DNA of 64,000 nt from Patescibacteria group bacterium (GTDB lineage Bacteria > Patescibacteriota > Minisyncoccia > UBA6257 > GWB1-50-10): contig JANBVK010000001.1 of assembly GCA_024239035.1 (NCBI GenBank), positions 107,010 through 171,009 of the forward strand. Direction: 5' to 3'. Both the position numbers and the translations under genes were made by a program. Numbering within the stretch: the first letter of the stretch is position 1; the number at the start of each line of letters is the position of its first letter. This document shows positions 54,489 through 64,000 of the stretch, one piece after another. Below the pieces are notes generated by a model. That model ran no database searches, was not told the origin of the DNA, and worked only from the letters and a program-made list of their open reading frames with translations.

Positions 54489-56360
54489 TTAGCGCAGTTT
54501 TATTCGGTTCTCATAGTACCACGAAAACACATCTCTAGCTACTGGCACAACGTTTAAACTTCCCTCCCGGGCATCTTCCACCAAAACCAAAATTGCAATC
54601 TGAGGTTCGCCAGCTAACGGATCGTAAGGAGCGTAACCAACAAAGAATGCATTAACTTTTTCATTGTTATTAACCTGAGAGGTACCAGTTTTAGCCGCAA
54701 CGCTAACCGGTAAACCGCTCAAAAGATTAGCGGTCCCGTACGGTCTAACTACCGCATCTCTCATCCCCTGCTGAACCTCTTTTACATAACCGCCAATTCC
54801 CTGACTTATGTCTTTTAAAACGGTGGGTTTACTCCTAATAATTTCTTCCCCCTCACGGTCGATAACCGATTTCATAATACGGAGTTGATAGAATTCACCG
54901 CCCGTAGCTATGGCACTTATGTAGTTTAAAAGAGTAATGGGCGTCACCAATAAATCCCCTTGCCCAATACTTACATTGTAAGTGTCACCCAATCGCCAAG
55001 TTTCCCCTTGTTCATTTTTCCAGTAAGGATCCGGCAGAAAACCAGGAACCTCTCCCGGCAAATCAATTTCTGTCTTCCCTCCCAAATTAAATTTTTGCCA
55101 CCAATCTTTCAACTTAGTAATCCCTAAACCCTGTTGGTTTTTGAATCCACCACCAACTTCGTAAAAATAAACATTGGAAGATCTCGCAAGCGCACTATGA
55201 AGATCAACCCAGCCGTGAGGCCGCCAATCTAAAAAGAGACTTGGGGGAGAATCGGGACTGTAGGGATTGGGGATCTCAATAAAGCCAGCAGAAAAAATTT
55301 CAGTCCCAGGATTAACAACCCCCTCAACCAGAGCCGCTGTAGCGACAAGTGGTTTAATAGTTGAGCCGGGGGCGTACAACCCGCTCACGGCCCGATTGAA
55401 AAAAGGCTGATTATTGCTTTCCAAAAATCCAGCTACGTTATTGGCATCAAAACCCGGAATACTGAAAAGAGCCAAAACCTCACCATTCTGAGGATTAATG
55501 GCAATACCAACGCCTATATTCCTGTCTAACTCAGAAAGCGCCTGCATTAAACGGTTATAAAAGTACTCTTGAAACTCCCGATCGATAAACGTTTCTAACT
55601 TACCGCCCACCTGAGACAACGCTGACACCCTCTTTTCTTTAATCTTGCCTACTGCATCGCGCAAGAAAATCTCCCGTCCGTTTACACCTCGCAAACTGGC
55701 GTCATAGTACGCTTCCAAACCCGCCTTACCAATCTCATCATCAATAAACAAACCCGGACTCTGTTTTAAGTCGTGAACGCTAACCAAACCGGTAAAACCG
55801 AGTAAGTGGGAGAAAGTAAGAGATAATTCATGAACCCTTTTAAAACTCTGTTCAACCCGGAGACCCGGCACGTTATCCGATTCAAGAATAGCTATCTGAT
55901 TATGGTCTAGATCTCCGGTTAAAAAAAGTTTCTCACTAGAACCCCAGTCTTTCTCCTTAATTCTTTGGTCCAATTCTCTCTGATCTATCCCTAAAATCTC
56001 ATTAATTCTCCTAAAAACGGATAACCGATCATCCAAATTTTTAGGCAACTCGTGGGGCACTAAAAAAGTATTAAGAGTCTGCTCATTACGAATTAAGGGA
56101 ATACCAAAACGATCCACAATCACTCCCCGCGGCGCTGGTTCTACTTCAGCATAACTTATATTAGCCAAAGATCGCGATGTATAAAAAGAGTTGTTAAAAA
56201 CCCCCAAATTCACTAATTGGCCAATAACTACTAGAATCAAAAACAGAACCAATACAAAGAAACTTTTAAACACCCTATCACCCAAAGGAACCTCAAGAAG
56301 ATCTTCTTCCACGACCTTATCCGTCAAAATATCTTCTAAATTAATATCCCGTTTATTCAT
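54489..56360 (-). CDS. mrdA: Penicillin-binding protein 2 (elongasome transpeptidase)
   Basis: SxxK (GSTIKP), SSN and KTGT motifs. Lies directly downstream of mreBCD. Confidence 0.85.
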   Translation of the reverse strand: MNKRDINLEDILTDKVVEEDLLEVPLGDRVFKSFFVLVLFLILVVIGQLVNLGVFNNSFYTSRSLANISYAEVEPAPRGVIVDRFGIPLIRNEQTLNTFLVPHELPKNLDDRLSVFRRINEILGIDQRELDQRIKEKDWGSSEKLFLTGDLDHNQIAILESDNVPGLRVEQSFKRVHELSLTFSHLLGFTGLVSVHDLKQSPGLFIDDEIGKAGLEAYYDASLRGVNGREIFLRDAVGKIKEKRVSALSQVGGKLETFIDREFQEYFYNRLMQALSELDRNIGVGIAINPQNGEVLALFSIPGFDANNVAGFLESNNQPFFNRAVSGLYAPGSTIKPLVATAALVEGVVNPGTEIFSAGFIEIPNPYSPDSPPSLFLDWRPHGWVDLHSALARSSNVYFYEVGGGFKNQQGLGITKLKDWWQKFNLGGKTEIDLPGEVPGFLPDPYWKNEQGETWRLGDTYNVSIGQGDLLVTPITLLNYISAIATGGEFYQLRIMKSVIDREGEEIIRSKPTVLKDISQGIGGYVKEVQQGMRDAVVRPYGTANLLSGLPVSVAAKTGTSQVNNNEKVNAFFVGYAPYDPLAGEPQIAILVLVEDAREGSLNVVPVARDVFSWYYENRIKLR

Positions 56361-56364
56361 TTAT

Positions 56365-56820
56365 TCATTCTTTTAAAAAACGAAAAATAGGCCAAATAAC
56401 AAACCCTAAGATAAGATTATACAAAACCTCTCCTAAAACTAAACCCACCGATATCAATGAGAACCGGAATACATTGATAATTAAATAAAAAATCACCGTC
56501 CCCAAAAGAATAGCAATCAAGAAATCCAGCATATTGTTACCGGTTAATATCCGCTTTAAAAAATAAAAACCTATAGCTAAAACTACCACCACCAACACTT
56601 GAGGAAACCAGTAAGGGGTTAGGGTAAAAAACACTGCCGCCATTGATAAAAGCAACGCCCCCAAAAACCAAATATTATCTAGTTTAAAAATAATCAACAA
56701 AAAACTAATAAGAATTAAATTAGGGTTGATACTACCTAAACTTAAAATCCCAGACTGCTGCAGAAAAAACGCGGCAACAACCGCTAAAAATACCAATAAA
56801 AATTTTATGTATATGTTCAC
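56365..56820 (-). CDS. mreD: Rod shape-determining protein MreD-like membrane protein
   Basis: Small polytopic membrane protein in the mreB-mreC-mreD position. Confidence 0.5.
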   Translation of the reverse strand: MNIYIKFLLVFLAVVAAFFLQQSGILSLGSINPNLILISFLLIIFKLDNIWFLGALLLSMAAVFFTLTPYWFPQVLVVVVLAIGFYFLKRILTGNNMLDFLIAILLGTVIFYLIINVFRFSLISVGLVLGEVLYNLILGFVIWPIFRFLKE

Positions 56821-56821
56821 A

Positions 56822-57535
56822 TCAAGGAAAATCTGTTATAACTAAAACCTTATTAATATTCTCCAGCCGATATAACGTTGTTAGCTCGGCAGCAAGCCAC
56901 GCCTCATTCGAAACAGGTTTTACTTCGCCTATAGTTCCAATTAAAAGATTTAGAGGGAAATCGGGAGAAATATTTAAGACCTCATCTCCTAAATTAATAT
57001 TGGCTCCCAGAGAAATTAGATCTAAAGAAGGAGGTGTTCCCCCTTTCAAAAGAGCTTTTGTATCTTCACTGCCGATAATTACACTACTCCGCCATTCAGG
57101 GTTAAAAACGGTTTCAACAACGCTCTGCGATCTCAAAACATCTTTAACTTTCCCCAGAAGAATATTTTCGTTTATTAAAACCGGCATTCCCGGCTCAATT
57201 CCATCCCGAGCACCAATGTTTATGACTACAAAACGCCGATCATTAAAAGGGTAACGTGAATAAACTTGTCCTACTTGGTAAGAAAAATGCTCTGAAATAA
57301 TTACCCCTTCTTCTAACTTACCAAGTTTTGCCAATAAACCTTGATTCTCAAGCTCCAAATCCCGAAATCTTTGATAATCAAATGCCCCATCCCAAAAACT
57401 TAAATTCAGAGCCCTAAATTCTTGGAGAACCCCATTAACACCGCCGCGATAAAAAAATGCCAAAAATAAAAAAAATAAAGTTAAAAAAAGAACTAAAAAA
57501 AATTGTGGAGATTTCATCCCAACAAAAAACTTCAC
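56822..57535 (-). CDS. mreC: Rod shape-determining protein MreC
   Basis: N-terminal TM, coiled coil, beta-rich C-terminal domain. Follows mreB with a 4-nt overlap. Confidence 0.6.
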   Translation of the reverse strand: MKFFVGMKSPQFFLVLFLTLFFLFLAFFYRGGVNGVLQEFRALNLSFWDGAFDYQRFRDLELENQGLLAKLGKLEEGVIISEHFSYQVGQVYSRYPFNDRRFVVINIGARDGIEPGMPVLINENILLGKVKDVLRSQSVVETVFNPEWRSSVIIGSEDTKALLKGGTPPSLDLISLGANINLGDEVLNISPDFPLNLLIGTIGEVKPVSNEAWLAAELTTLYRLENINKVLVITDFP

Positions 57536-58554
57536 CCCAACTTCAAATTGGAAAAATTATCTAAAAGATGACTGTATTTATCGAAATTCTCAACAACAAC
57601 ACCTGTCCCCCTCACAACACAGGTTAAGGGATCGTCTACCAATTTAACTTCAACGCCGGTCTCTTTCTGCAACATCTGATCAACACCCCTCAACATACTG
57701 CCTCCTCCGCACATATAAACTCCGTTTTTATGGACGTCACCAACCAACTCAGGAGGAGAAGCTTCAATTAAATCTTTCAACCCCTCGTGAATAAGTCTTA
57801 GGGGACGACCGAGCCATAGACGCACTTGAGTGTCTTTAACAACAATCTCCCGAGGCAAACCACTTACCACGTCTCTCCCTCTTATCTGCACCTCCAAGCG
57901 TTCTGATTGAGGAATTGCCGCGCCGACAGCGATTTTTATGTCTTCGGCCGTTGGCTCACCAATACTTAACTTAAGTTCATCTCTTACTGACCTTATAATT
58001 TCACTATTCAGGAAATCACCGGCAACCTCAAGTCGTTTTGAGACAACTATCCCATTCATGGAAATAATTGCCATATCAGTCGTGCCGGCACCAATGTCAA
58101 CAACTAAATATGCAGTCGGCTGATGAATATCAAGTTGACTGCCTAGGGCAGCAACAAGCGGCTGCTCGACTAAGTGCACCTCATTTGCACCCGACTCCTT
58201 CAATAAATCTTCTACTGACTTCCTCTCAACCTCCGTTAGATTAGTAGGAACACTTACAATCATTCTCGTAGACCAAGACCACGGAATATGACCATCTTTT
58301 AAAAAGTGTTGAGTCATCTCACGAGCCATATCAAAATCGGCAATAACTCCGTGAATTATAGGCCTCGAAACCGTAACGTGAGCCGGCGTCCGACTCCGCA
58401 TTGTTTTTGCGTGATCACCATAAGCAACAATCCTGTTGGTCCGGTTATTAAAAGCTATAACAGAAGGTTCATTAACCACTACTCCGTTCTTGTTCAAATA
58501 AATCTGAGTCGTATCAGTTCCCAAATCAATGCCGATATGTTTTTTTAAAATCAT
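57532..58554 (-). CDS. mreB: Rod shape-determining protein MreB (actin homolog)
   Basis: IGIDLGT...VVDIGAGTTD...MCGGGSML actin-fold ATPase motifs. Confidence 0.9.
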   Translation of the reverse strand: MILKKHIGIDLGTDTTQIYLNKNGVVVNEPSVIAFNNRTNRIVAYGDHAKTMRSRTPAHVTVSRPIIHGVIADFDMAREMTQHFLKDGHIPWSWSTRMIVSVPTNLTEVERKSVEDLLKESGANEVHLVEQPLVAALGSQLDIHQPTAYLVVDIGAGTTDMAIISMNGIVVSKRLEVAGDFLNSEIIRSVRDELKLSIGEPTAEDIKIAVGAAIPQSERLEVQIRGRDVVSGLPREIVVKDTQVRLWLGRPLRLIHEGLKDLIEASPPELVGDVHKNGVYMCGGGSMLRGVDQMLQKETGVEVKLVDDPLTCVVRGTGVVVENFDKYSHLLDNFSNLKLG

Positions 58555-59810
58555 GATAAAGTTTTTATTATTTCTTCTAATTTCATCAACTTGGTCTCTT
58601 TCTCGTTCCTGTGCTTAACCTCTAGTTTTTCCTGAACTATTGTTTTCTCACTCACCACCAATCTCACGGGCAGACCAATTAGATCGGCGTCGTAGAATTT
58701 TTCCCCTGCATGAACCTGGGCCCGATCATCATAAAGCACTTCTATTCCCGCCTTAGCCAGTTTATTATAAGCAATATCTGCTTGCTTTTTCAATGATGAT
58801 GTCATCTCCCCTACTGCCAGAAGGTGAACTTTGAGGGGAGCAACCGACTCCGGCCAAATAATTCCCTGCTCGTCGTGATGAATCTCGGAAACGGTCCCCA
58901 TCACTCGTCCTAAACCAATACCGTACGAACCCATCACTACATATGCTTTCTTGCCGTCTTTGTTTACAAACTGTAAATTAAAGGCTTCGGAATATTTCGT
59001 ACCAAGCGGAAAGATGTTGCCCACTTCAATAGTTTTTATTTTATCTAGAACTCCTTTTTGACATTCGGGGCACTGGTCTCCTCCTTTGTTTTTAGAAATC
59101 TCTTTATTCTCTGCAAAATTACAGAGGCGGCATAAAACAATCTCATCCTCACCCGCAGGAGACTCCACTTGAAATTCGTGCGTATTCGAAAATGTAAAAT
59201 CCCCGCCGGCGGCAGTGGTATAGATTGATTTTAAGCCGCATCGTTTGAAAATTTTTTCATAGGCGCCTTTTACCTCATTATAGTAACGAAACATATCTTC
59301 TAGAGAAACATGGAAACTGTACAAATCTTTCATTATAAACTCCTTTCCCCGCAGAAGCCCCGATCGAGCCCGCGGCTCATTCCTGAACTTTGACTGGATT
59401 TGATACGCCGCAAACGGCAGGTCTTGATAAGAACTTATGTATTTAGAAACGATATCGGTAAGCACCTCCTCATGTGTCCACCCGAGAACAAAACCGGGGG
59501 TTTTTTCTTCCTTACCTTTCACCTCAAATCCTATCCCAACGTCCCATCGCCCGCTCTTATCCCAATATTTCTTCTCAACGAGCGCGGGCATTAACATCTC
59601 TTGCCCGCCTATAGCGTTCATCTCCTCCCGGATAATAGCCGAAATCTTCCTAATTACCTTCCAACCCAAGGGGAGGTATGAATACACGCCGCCCGAATTT
59701 TTATAAACAAAGCCTCCTCTCTCAAGGAGCTTCGCATTAACACTAACTTCATCCTTAGGGTCCTCCTTATATGTTCTAGAAAAAAGCTCCGACTGCCGCA
59801 TAAACCCCAT
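58551..59810 (-). CDS. proS: Prolyl-tRNA synthetase (short form lacking the editing domain)
   Basis: Class II aaRS motifs, C-terminal anticodon-binding domain, 419 aa. Confidence 0.85.
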   Translation of the reverse strand: MGFMRQSELFSRTYKEDPKDEVSVNAKLLERGGFVYKNSGGVYSYLPLGWKVIRKISAIIREEMNAIGGQEMLMPALVEKKYWDKSGRWDVGIGFEVKGKEEKTPGFVLGWTHEEVLTDIVSKYISSYQDLPFAAYQIQSKFRNEPRARSGLLRGKEFIMKDLYSFHVSLEDMFRYYNEVKGAYEKIFKRCGLKSIYTTAAGGDFTFSNTHEFQVESPAGEDEIVLCRLCNFAENKEISKNKGGDQCPECQKGVLDKIKTIEVGNIFPLGTKYSEAFNLQFVNKDGKKAYVVMGSYGIGLGRVMGTVSEIHHDEQGIIWPESVAPLKVHLLAVGEMTSSLKKQADIAYNKLAKAGIEVLYDDRAQVHAGEKFYDADLIGLPVRLVVSEKTIVQEKLEVKHRNEKETKLMKLEEIIKTLS

Positions 59811-59831
59811 TCTATCAGAAGAAATTGACCG

Positions 59832-60800
59832 CTACAACTCTTCTTTTTCCAGACAGCGGGCCATCGGTAGAAATTTTTTCACCAGGAAGAGTGCGTAGCT
59901 TTTCGGTACATACTTGATGGGTACATGATACAAATCAACCCAGACATGACTGTAAATTGCAAAGAGTATAGATTGTTTTAAATAGTGCCGCTCTTTTTTT
60001 GATAGCTTTCTTTTTTTTAAATATCCCTCTAGAAATTTTTTAGTTAACGCTCTATCCAACCGTCCTTTACTCTCACAATTCCACATAATTGTTTTTCCCA
60101 CATCGAACACAAAAGAGTCCACATACGTATTGCCGAAATCAATCACCCCAGTTAATTTCTCTCCAATAAAAAGTTCGTTGTCGAGTTTGATGTCCACGTG
60201 GATTGGGCCCCGAGGAAGCCATTTGGGCAGACGATTATTCAGAACTCCCCGTTTTACCTCTTCAACAACTGCCTTTAGCTGGGGATGAGTTTGTCTTTTC
60301 ACATAACGATACATTAATGCCATTATTTTAGGGTTTAGGTCGTAAAATCTCCGCCTGCCCCGCATTGTCTTTTTGAACTTACTGCCCAACTTATGAAATT
60401 CTCCAACAAATTCACCAAGCTGATACGCCATCTTTGGTGTAATTCTTTTTGGTTGCCGACCGGGCAAAAATCGATACACGCTTACTGCGTATCCTTTGAA
60501 ATTCTCAAGATATTTTCGGCGTTTTGATGGAATATAATGAGGAACCGGTAAACGTTTCAGGTGTGTAAGAAAATTTATCTCGTGCAGGAGAGCGATTCTC
60601 GGCACGATCTTCATATCCGCAACAACGACTTTCTTGCTGGACAAATTGTGCTTTGCAACGATAAATTTCCCCTTCGGGGTTGTAATTGCTACCTTTGGCG
60701 TCTGATACCCCTGCCGGAAATACGTAATGTTCCCTATCTTACCAAGCTCAAATAAGTCTGTAATCTGCTGATATTCCCTTTTAGAAAAAAATTTAAGCAT
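59832..60800 (-). CDS. APH/CotS/homoserine-kinase-II family protein-kinase-like protein, translationally coupled to the upstream Cys-rich paralog
   Basis: Brenner motif IHVDIKLDN and DFGNT. AUG (MLKFF) 2 nt after the paralog 3 stop with GGAGG 10 nt upstream. The ORF-track start at 60836 overlaps the upstream gene. Confidence 0.65.
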   Translation of the reverse strand: MLKFFSKREYQQITDLFELGKIGNITYFRQGYQTPKVAITTPKGKFIVAKHNLSSKKVVVADMKIVPRIALLHEINFLTHLKRLPVPHYIPSKRRKYLENFKGYAVSVYRFLPGRQPKRITPKMAYQLGEFVGEFHKLGSKFKKTMRGRRRFYDLNPKIMALMYRYVKRQTHPQLKAVVEEVKRGVLNNRLPKWLPRGPIHVDIKLDNELFIGEKLTGVIDFGNTYVDSFVFDVGKTIMWNCESKGRLDRALTKKFLEGYLKKRKLSKKERHYLKQSILFAIYSHVWVDLYHVPIKYVPKSYALFLVKKFLPMARCLEKEEL

Positions 60801-60802
60801 TT

Positions 60803-62551
60803 CTACACCACCTCCGCCTGATAACACTGCTCGCAATATACAGTCTCCGGTCTATCAGGAGAATACGAAGACTGCATAGACTTTCCACATTTCACGCATT
60901 TTCTCTCATACAACTCCAGCACGATAGAGCCGAACTTTTTTCTTTTCTCTGCCAACCGTACACTGTAATGTTTCTGGGGTAAGGGAAGATTATATCTCCT
61001 GTAAAACTCTAATTCTGCCTTTATATAGCGGGATTTCTTATTATTTTCGCTGTCAAAGACAACTTTATTCAAAATATCGTCTTTCACCTCACGAATATCC
61101 TTAGGAAGATCTTTTGAATCAACGATTTCTCCTTCCACCTCATACAAAGTCTCCTGGATATCTTCTGTCCGATATCCATACCTCCTCGCCGTCTCAACGT
61201 CATCATATCCTTTATAGGAGGTAGCAATAGAAATATTGTAGGGAAACGGTGAAAGTTTGGGTGGGAAAAATTCTCCATATTCACCTTTCTCTAACATTTT
61301 TGCCTTTACTTTATCTACCATCTCCCAATAGTCTTTCTCAGCGTACTGCTTATTGAGAATACAGAACGATTTATTTTTAAGTCCGATGCAACCAAAACAG
61401 TCGTGGCAGTTAATACAGAGATCACAATATTCTATCTCACGGCAATCATCAACATCAATGGAAAATTTAATCCCGTAGTTATTGTCACCTGCCCAAGATT
61501 CATAACTAAACTCCGTACCTACACCGCCAACAATATCGTATGAATCTCTGGTTTTCGTAACTCCAATGGAATATGCCACGTTTTCCCCACCAATAATATA
61601 AAAACAAGCGTAACAATTTTTGGAATCCTTAATATAATCACCAAAACTTGCGACCGCTCGGTCGTTGTGAGTTTCTTTATAAAACGCCTTCTTTTTCAAT
61701 TCGGTGAACTTTCCTTTTAAAGAATTTAAAGATTCTCGGTCGCCAAGATTTAACGCTCGTATCTTCTCCTCATAAGCCTTTTTAGTCAACGGTTCATTAA
61801 AAAAGTGGTACTTTTTGTGACGCAAATTCACACAACCAAAACAGTATTCGCAATCTCGACAATCGAAAAGGAAGTAGGAATAGAGACAATGCTTCGAGTG
61901 CTCCACAAAAAAACAATTGAAGAGATCAGAACTTTCGAAACAATCGTAGCAGGTATCAGAGTTTCTCAGTGCAAAACCATCAAAGCAACTTCGCGAATCA
62001 ATCAAAGAAATACTATACGCACTATCTTCAGATTGGTAAGAATCAAAAATTAAATAGCAGTTTTTCAGTCGAGTCGAGTTATTGGTATAATCACTCCTAA
62101 TGCTTGTACTATCAATGTGGAGATTGGGCCGAGGAACGTTCCGCATAAGCTCTCCAAATTGATCAAAGAATCCCCGGCTATCGGTGTAGGCGCTGGCATA
62201 ATCGTTAGGATCCCATTCCTCGCCAAACCACATCTGATGTTCATAAACTTTGTATGGTGTGGTAGGGGGGTACTGAGAAATAATCGACTTTTTAGAAAAA
62301 GATGATACTACCTTAAAAAGATTGTAAGAATTCGTAAAAGCAATTTTTCTCCGTATACGTTCCTTGGGAGATAACGTTGGCAGAGGCACCCGCATTTTCT
62401 TGTAAAACTCAATATCTTCCGGACGAACGTAAAATTTCTCACCAGAAAATCGGCAAGTCCTCCACTGACCTCCCTTCTCATCTAATTCAAGTTTGGAAAA
62501 GTATTCATCCAGCGCTTTATCAAATTGTGGAGTTTTGCTCACTTGATTCAT
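60803..62551 (-). CDS. Cys-rich multi-CxxC zinc-ribbon protein, paralog 3 (N-terminal ribbon Cys lost)
   Basis: Same conserved blocks (KNCYLIFDS, CRDCEYCFGC, CDLCINCHDCFGC, GEFFPPKLSPFPYN, LEFYRRYNLPLP) and YCEQCYQAEVV terminus. Confidence 0.8.
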   Translation of the reverse strand: MNQVSKTPQFDKALDEYFSKLELDEKGGQWRTCRFSGEKFYVRPEDIEFYKKMRVPLPTLSPKERIRRKIAFTNSYNLFKVVSSFSKKSIISQYPPTTPYKVYEHQMWFGEEWDPNDYASAYTDSRGFFDQFGELMRNVPRPNLHIDSTSIRSDYTNNSTRLKNCYLIFDSYQSEDSAYSISLIDSRSCFDGFALRNSDTCYDCFESSDLFNCFFVEHSKHCLYSYFLFDCRDCEYCFGCVNLRHKKYHFFNEPLTKKAYEEKIRALNLGDRESLNSLKGKFTELKKKAFYKETHNDRAVASFGDYIKDSKNCYACFYIIGGENVAYSIGVTKTRDSYDIVGGVGTEFSYESWAGDNNYGIKFSIDVDDCREIEYCDLCINCHDCFGCIGLKNKSFCILNKQYAEKDYWEMVDKVKAKMLEKGEYGEFFPPKLSPFPYNISIATSYKGYDDVETARRYGYRTEDIQETLYEVEGEIVDSKDLPKDIREVKDDILNKVVFDSENNKKSRYIKAELEFYRRYNLPLPQKHYSVRLAEKRKKFGSIVLELYERKCVKCGKSMQSSYSPDRPETVYCEQCYQAEVV

Positions 62552-62558
62552 ACTCTAT

Positions 62559-62582
62559 TTAACAATTCGCGCGAATTGTTAA
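62559..62582. promoter_or_regulatory. Perfect 24-bp palindrome TTAACAATTCGCGCGAATTGTTAA filling the 32-bp spacer between paralogs 4 and 3
   Basis: Self-complementary over all 24 nt. Confidence 0.55.
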
Positions 62583-62583
62583 G

Positions 62584-64000
62584 TCATACTACCTCAGCTT
62601 GATAACACTGTTCGCAATAAACGACTTCTGGTCGGTCAGGGGCATAGGTTGTTTGAATTGACTTACCACATTTCGCACACTTCCGCGCGTAGAGTTTGAA
62701 GGGCCCCCGGCGGCGGAGACGATCAAGATAACGGCAGTTAAAACATTTCAGCGGTACAGGAATGAGCATCTTTCGATAAAACTCCAACTCTGGCTGAATT
62801 AAGCGGTAATTGAAACTACAACCCGTACACTTCAGCACTTCCTTCACAATGCTGTCAGGAATGTCTTTAATATGATCCGGTATATCTTCGGGTTGAATCG
62901 TTTCGTGGCCTTTCGTACGGGGAATATCATCTTCCCATCGAAATCCTTCAGCAACTGCCTGCTCTTTAGATAAAGGATAATTCTCTTGGGCTGGCGTCTC
63001 GTTGTAGGCGAAAAACGCAAGTCTTAGTGGAAAATATGAACCATATAATCCATCCTGTTCCATCTGTCTAACTATCTGATCTCGCATTTTACTGTAGTCT
63101 GATTCACTATACTGTTTATTTAAAATATAGTACTTTCCATTCTTCAACCCATCACATCCGAAACATTCCTCTGATCTACTCATGCCAAAACAGTACCGAA
63201 GTCCTCTGCAAGAATCACACCCCCATGACCCAATTACATTGTACGAGTATCCAACCGCAACGGTTTCCAACAAAAGCTCAGAGTCATACCCATATCCCAT
63301 AACGTCATAGCTATCCCTAGTAGATTTTGTAGCAAACTCAAATTTACAATCCTCTGATTCAGTTACCTCGAAACAGTGTTTACAATTCTTCGAATTGAAA
63401 ATATACTCCCCTTCTGAACCAACAGACTTTAAATTATTATTCTGCCTACGAGGGAACTGAAGCGCATGCTCCTCAAATTTCTCAAGCGCATCTTGAACCT
63501 TTTTATAACTCCCGGCAATCTCGGCAACTCTTTTCTCATATTCTTCTTTAGACAACGCTTCATTAAAAAAGTGATACTGCTTGTTACGCAAATTAACGCA
63601 CCCAAAGCAATCTTGACAGTTACTACAACCAAGTAAAAACCACGAGTTCAAACAGCTCATCACGTTCTGACCGTACCGCACGCCGTGGCTTTTATGCCCG
63701 TTAATGCATTCGTAAGATTGTTCAAGACTAATCGCGAAATAGATATCCAAAGAATCCCGACAATCTTTCACCCCACGCGAATAAGCTACATCTTCGTTAT
63801 AACCGCTATTAAATATTAAATAACAATTCTTGTTATATCCGGCGAAATTTTGGTATTCACTATTAACACTCGTACCTATCGTTGTATAAACGCTTTTCTT
63901 CGGTACCTTCAGCATTAACTCCTGTAATTGATCAAAGAACGCCCTCGAAGGATTATAATCTCGGGCAAAAGACTTTGCATCCCATTTATCTGAGTTATAA
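62584..64000 (-). CDS. Cys-rich multi-CxxC zinc-ribbon protein, paralog 4, 5'-truncated by the window edge
   Basis: The frame remains open upstream of the ORF-track Met to the window end (reads ...YNSDKWDAKSFARDYNPSRAFFDQLQELMLKVPKK, homologous to the WDxxxYGxEYxFxKPFFxQ block of the other copies). Ends YCEQCYQAEVV. Confidence 0.75.
   Translation of the reverse strand, partial: YNSDKWDAKSFARDYNPSRAFFDQLQELMLKVPKKSVYTTIGTSVNSEYQNFAGYNKNCYLIFNSGYNEDVAYSRGVKDCRDSLDIYFAISLEQSYECINGHKSHGVRYGQNVMSCLNSWFLLGCSNCQDCFGCVNLRNKQYHFFNEALSKEEYEKRVAEIAGSYKKVQDALEKFEEHALQFPRRQNNNLKSVGSEGEYIFNSKNCKHCFEVTESEDCKFEFATKSTRDSYDVMGYGYDSELLLETVAVGYSYNVIGSWGCDSCRGLRYCFGMSRSEECFGCDGLKNGKYYILNKQYSESDYSKMRDQIVRQMEQDGLYGSYFPLRLAFFAYNETPAQENYPLSKEQAVAEGFRWEDDIPRTKGHETIQPEDIPDHIKDIPDSIVKEVLKCTGCSFNYRLIQPELEFYRKMLIPVPLKCFNCRYLDRLRRRGPFKLYARKCAKCGKSIQTTYAPDRPEVVYCEQCYQAEVV

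Noticed and set aside
60803-60836. 34-nt overlap between the kinase ORF (as given in the ORF track) and the paralog 3 3' end
   Set aside because: More parsimonious start at the internal Met (60800) directly after the stop, with a well-placed GGAGG. The longer N-terminus is probably not translated.

Overview
A 64-kb, about 40% GC, gene-dense window that looks like a small-genome bacterium of the Candidate Phyla Radiation (Patescibacteria) type. It has short intergenic spacers, many 4-nt start/stop overlaps, few Shine-Dalgarno sequences and tRNAs without encoded CCA. Housekeeping content includes a truncated division/cell-wall cluster (mraZ-rsmH-ftsL-ftsI-murF), rplJ-rplL with an L10 leader, hrcA-grpE-dnaK-dnaJ with a CIRCE-like operator, and mreBCD-mrdA. 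It also carries greA, lysS, serS, proS, lepA, cfa, a cyclophilin, a two-component system, three tRNAs (Gly-CCC, Glu-CUC, Val-CAC) and a cell-envelope polysaccharide locus (rsmI, sugar transferase, GT4, a possible DUF4012-family protein). Three things stand out. (1) There are four, probably five, paralogous cytoplasmic Cys-rich proteins of about 595 aa, each with N- and C-terminal zinc-ribbon motifs and many CxxCxxCxxC clusters. They form two tandem clusters 37 kb apart (19.5-23.3 kb and 60.8->64 kb). Every copy ends in YCEQCYQAEVV, encoded by a nearly identical 36-nt stretch. Decayed 5' and 3' gene-end relics flank one copy and nucleotide-identical patches occur between copies, which suggests recombination-driven turnover of a cassette array. 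One cluster is translationally coupled to an APH/CotS-type kinase. (2) A roughly 185-bp intergenic repeat occurs in three copies plus one degenerate relic. Its core hairpin looks like a bidirectional intrinsic terminator, and its terminal inverted repeats differ between copies but stay complementary within each copy. A second two-hairpin repeat family (2 copies) and a roughly 165-nt structured RNA candidate abutting serS are also present. (3) A 2.7-kb high-GC island (about 55% GC) carries a PurM-superfamily gene and a class-1A-like dihydroorotate-dehydrogenase gene and is inserted at the 3' end of tRNA-Val. A second high-GC gene lies at 9.2-9.6 kb. No CRISPR array, transposase or integrase was found.
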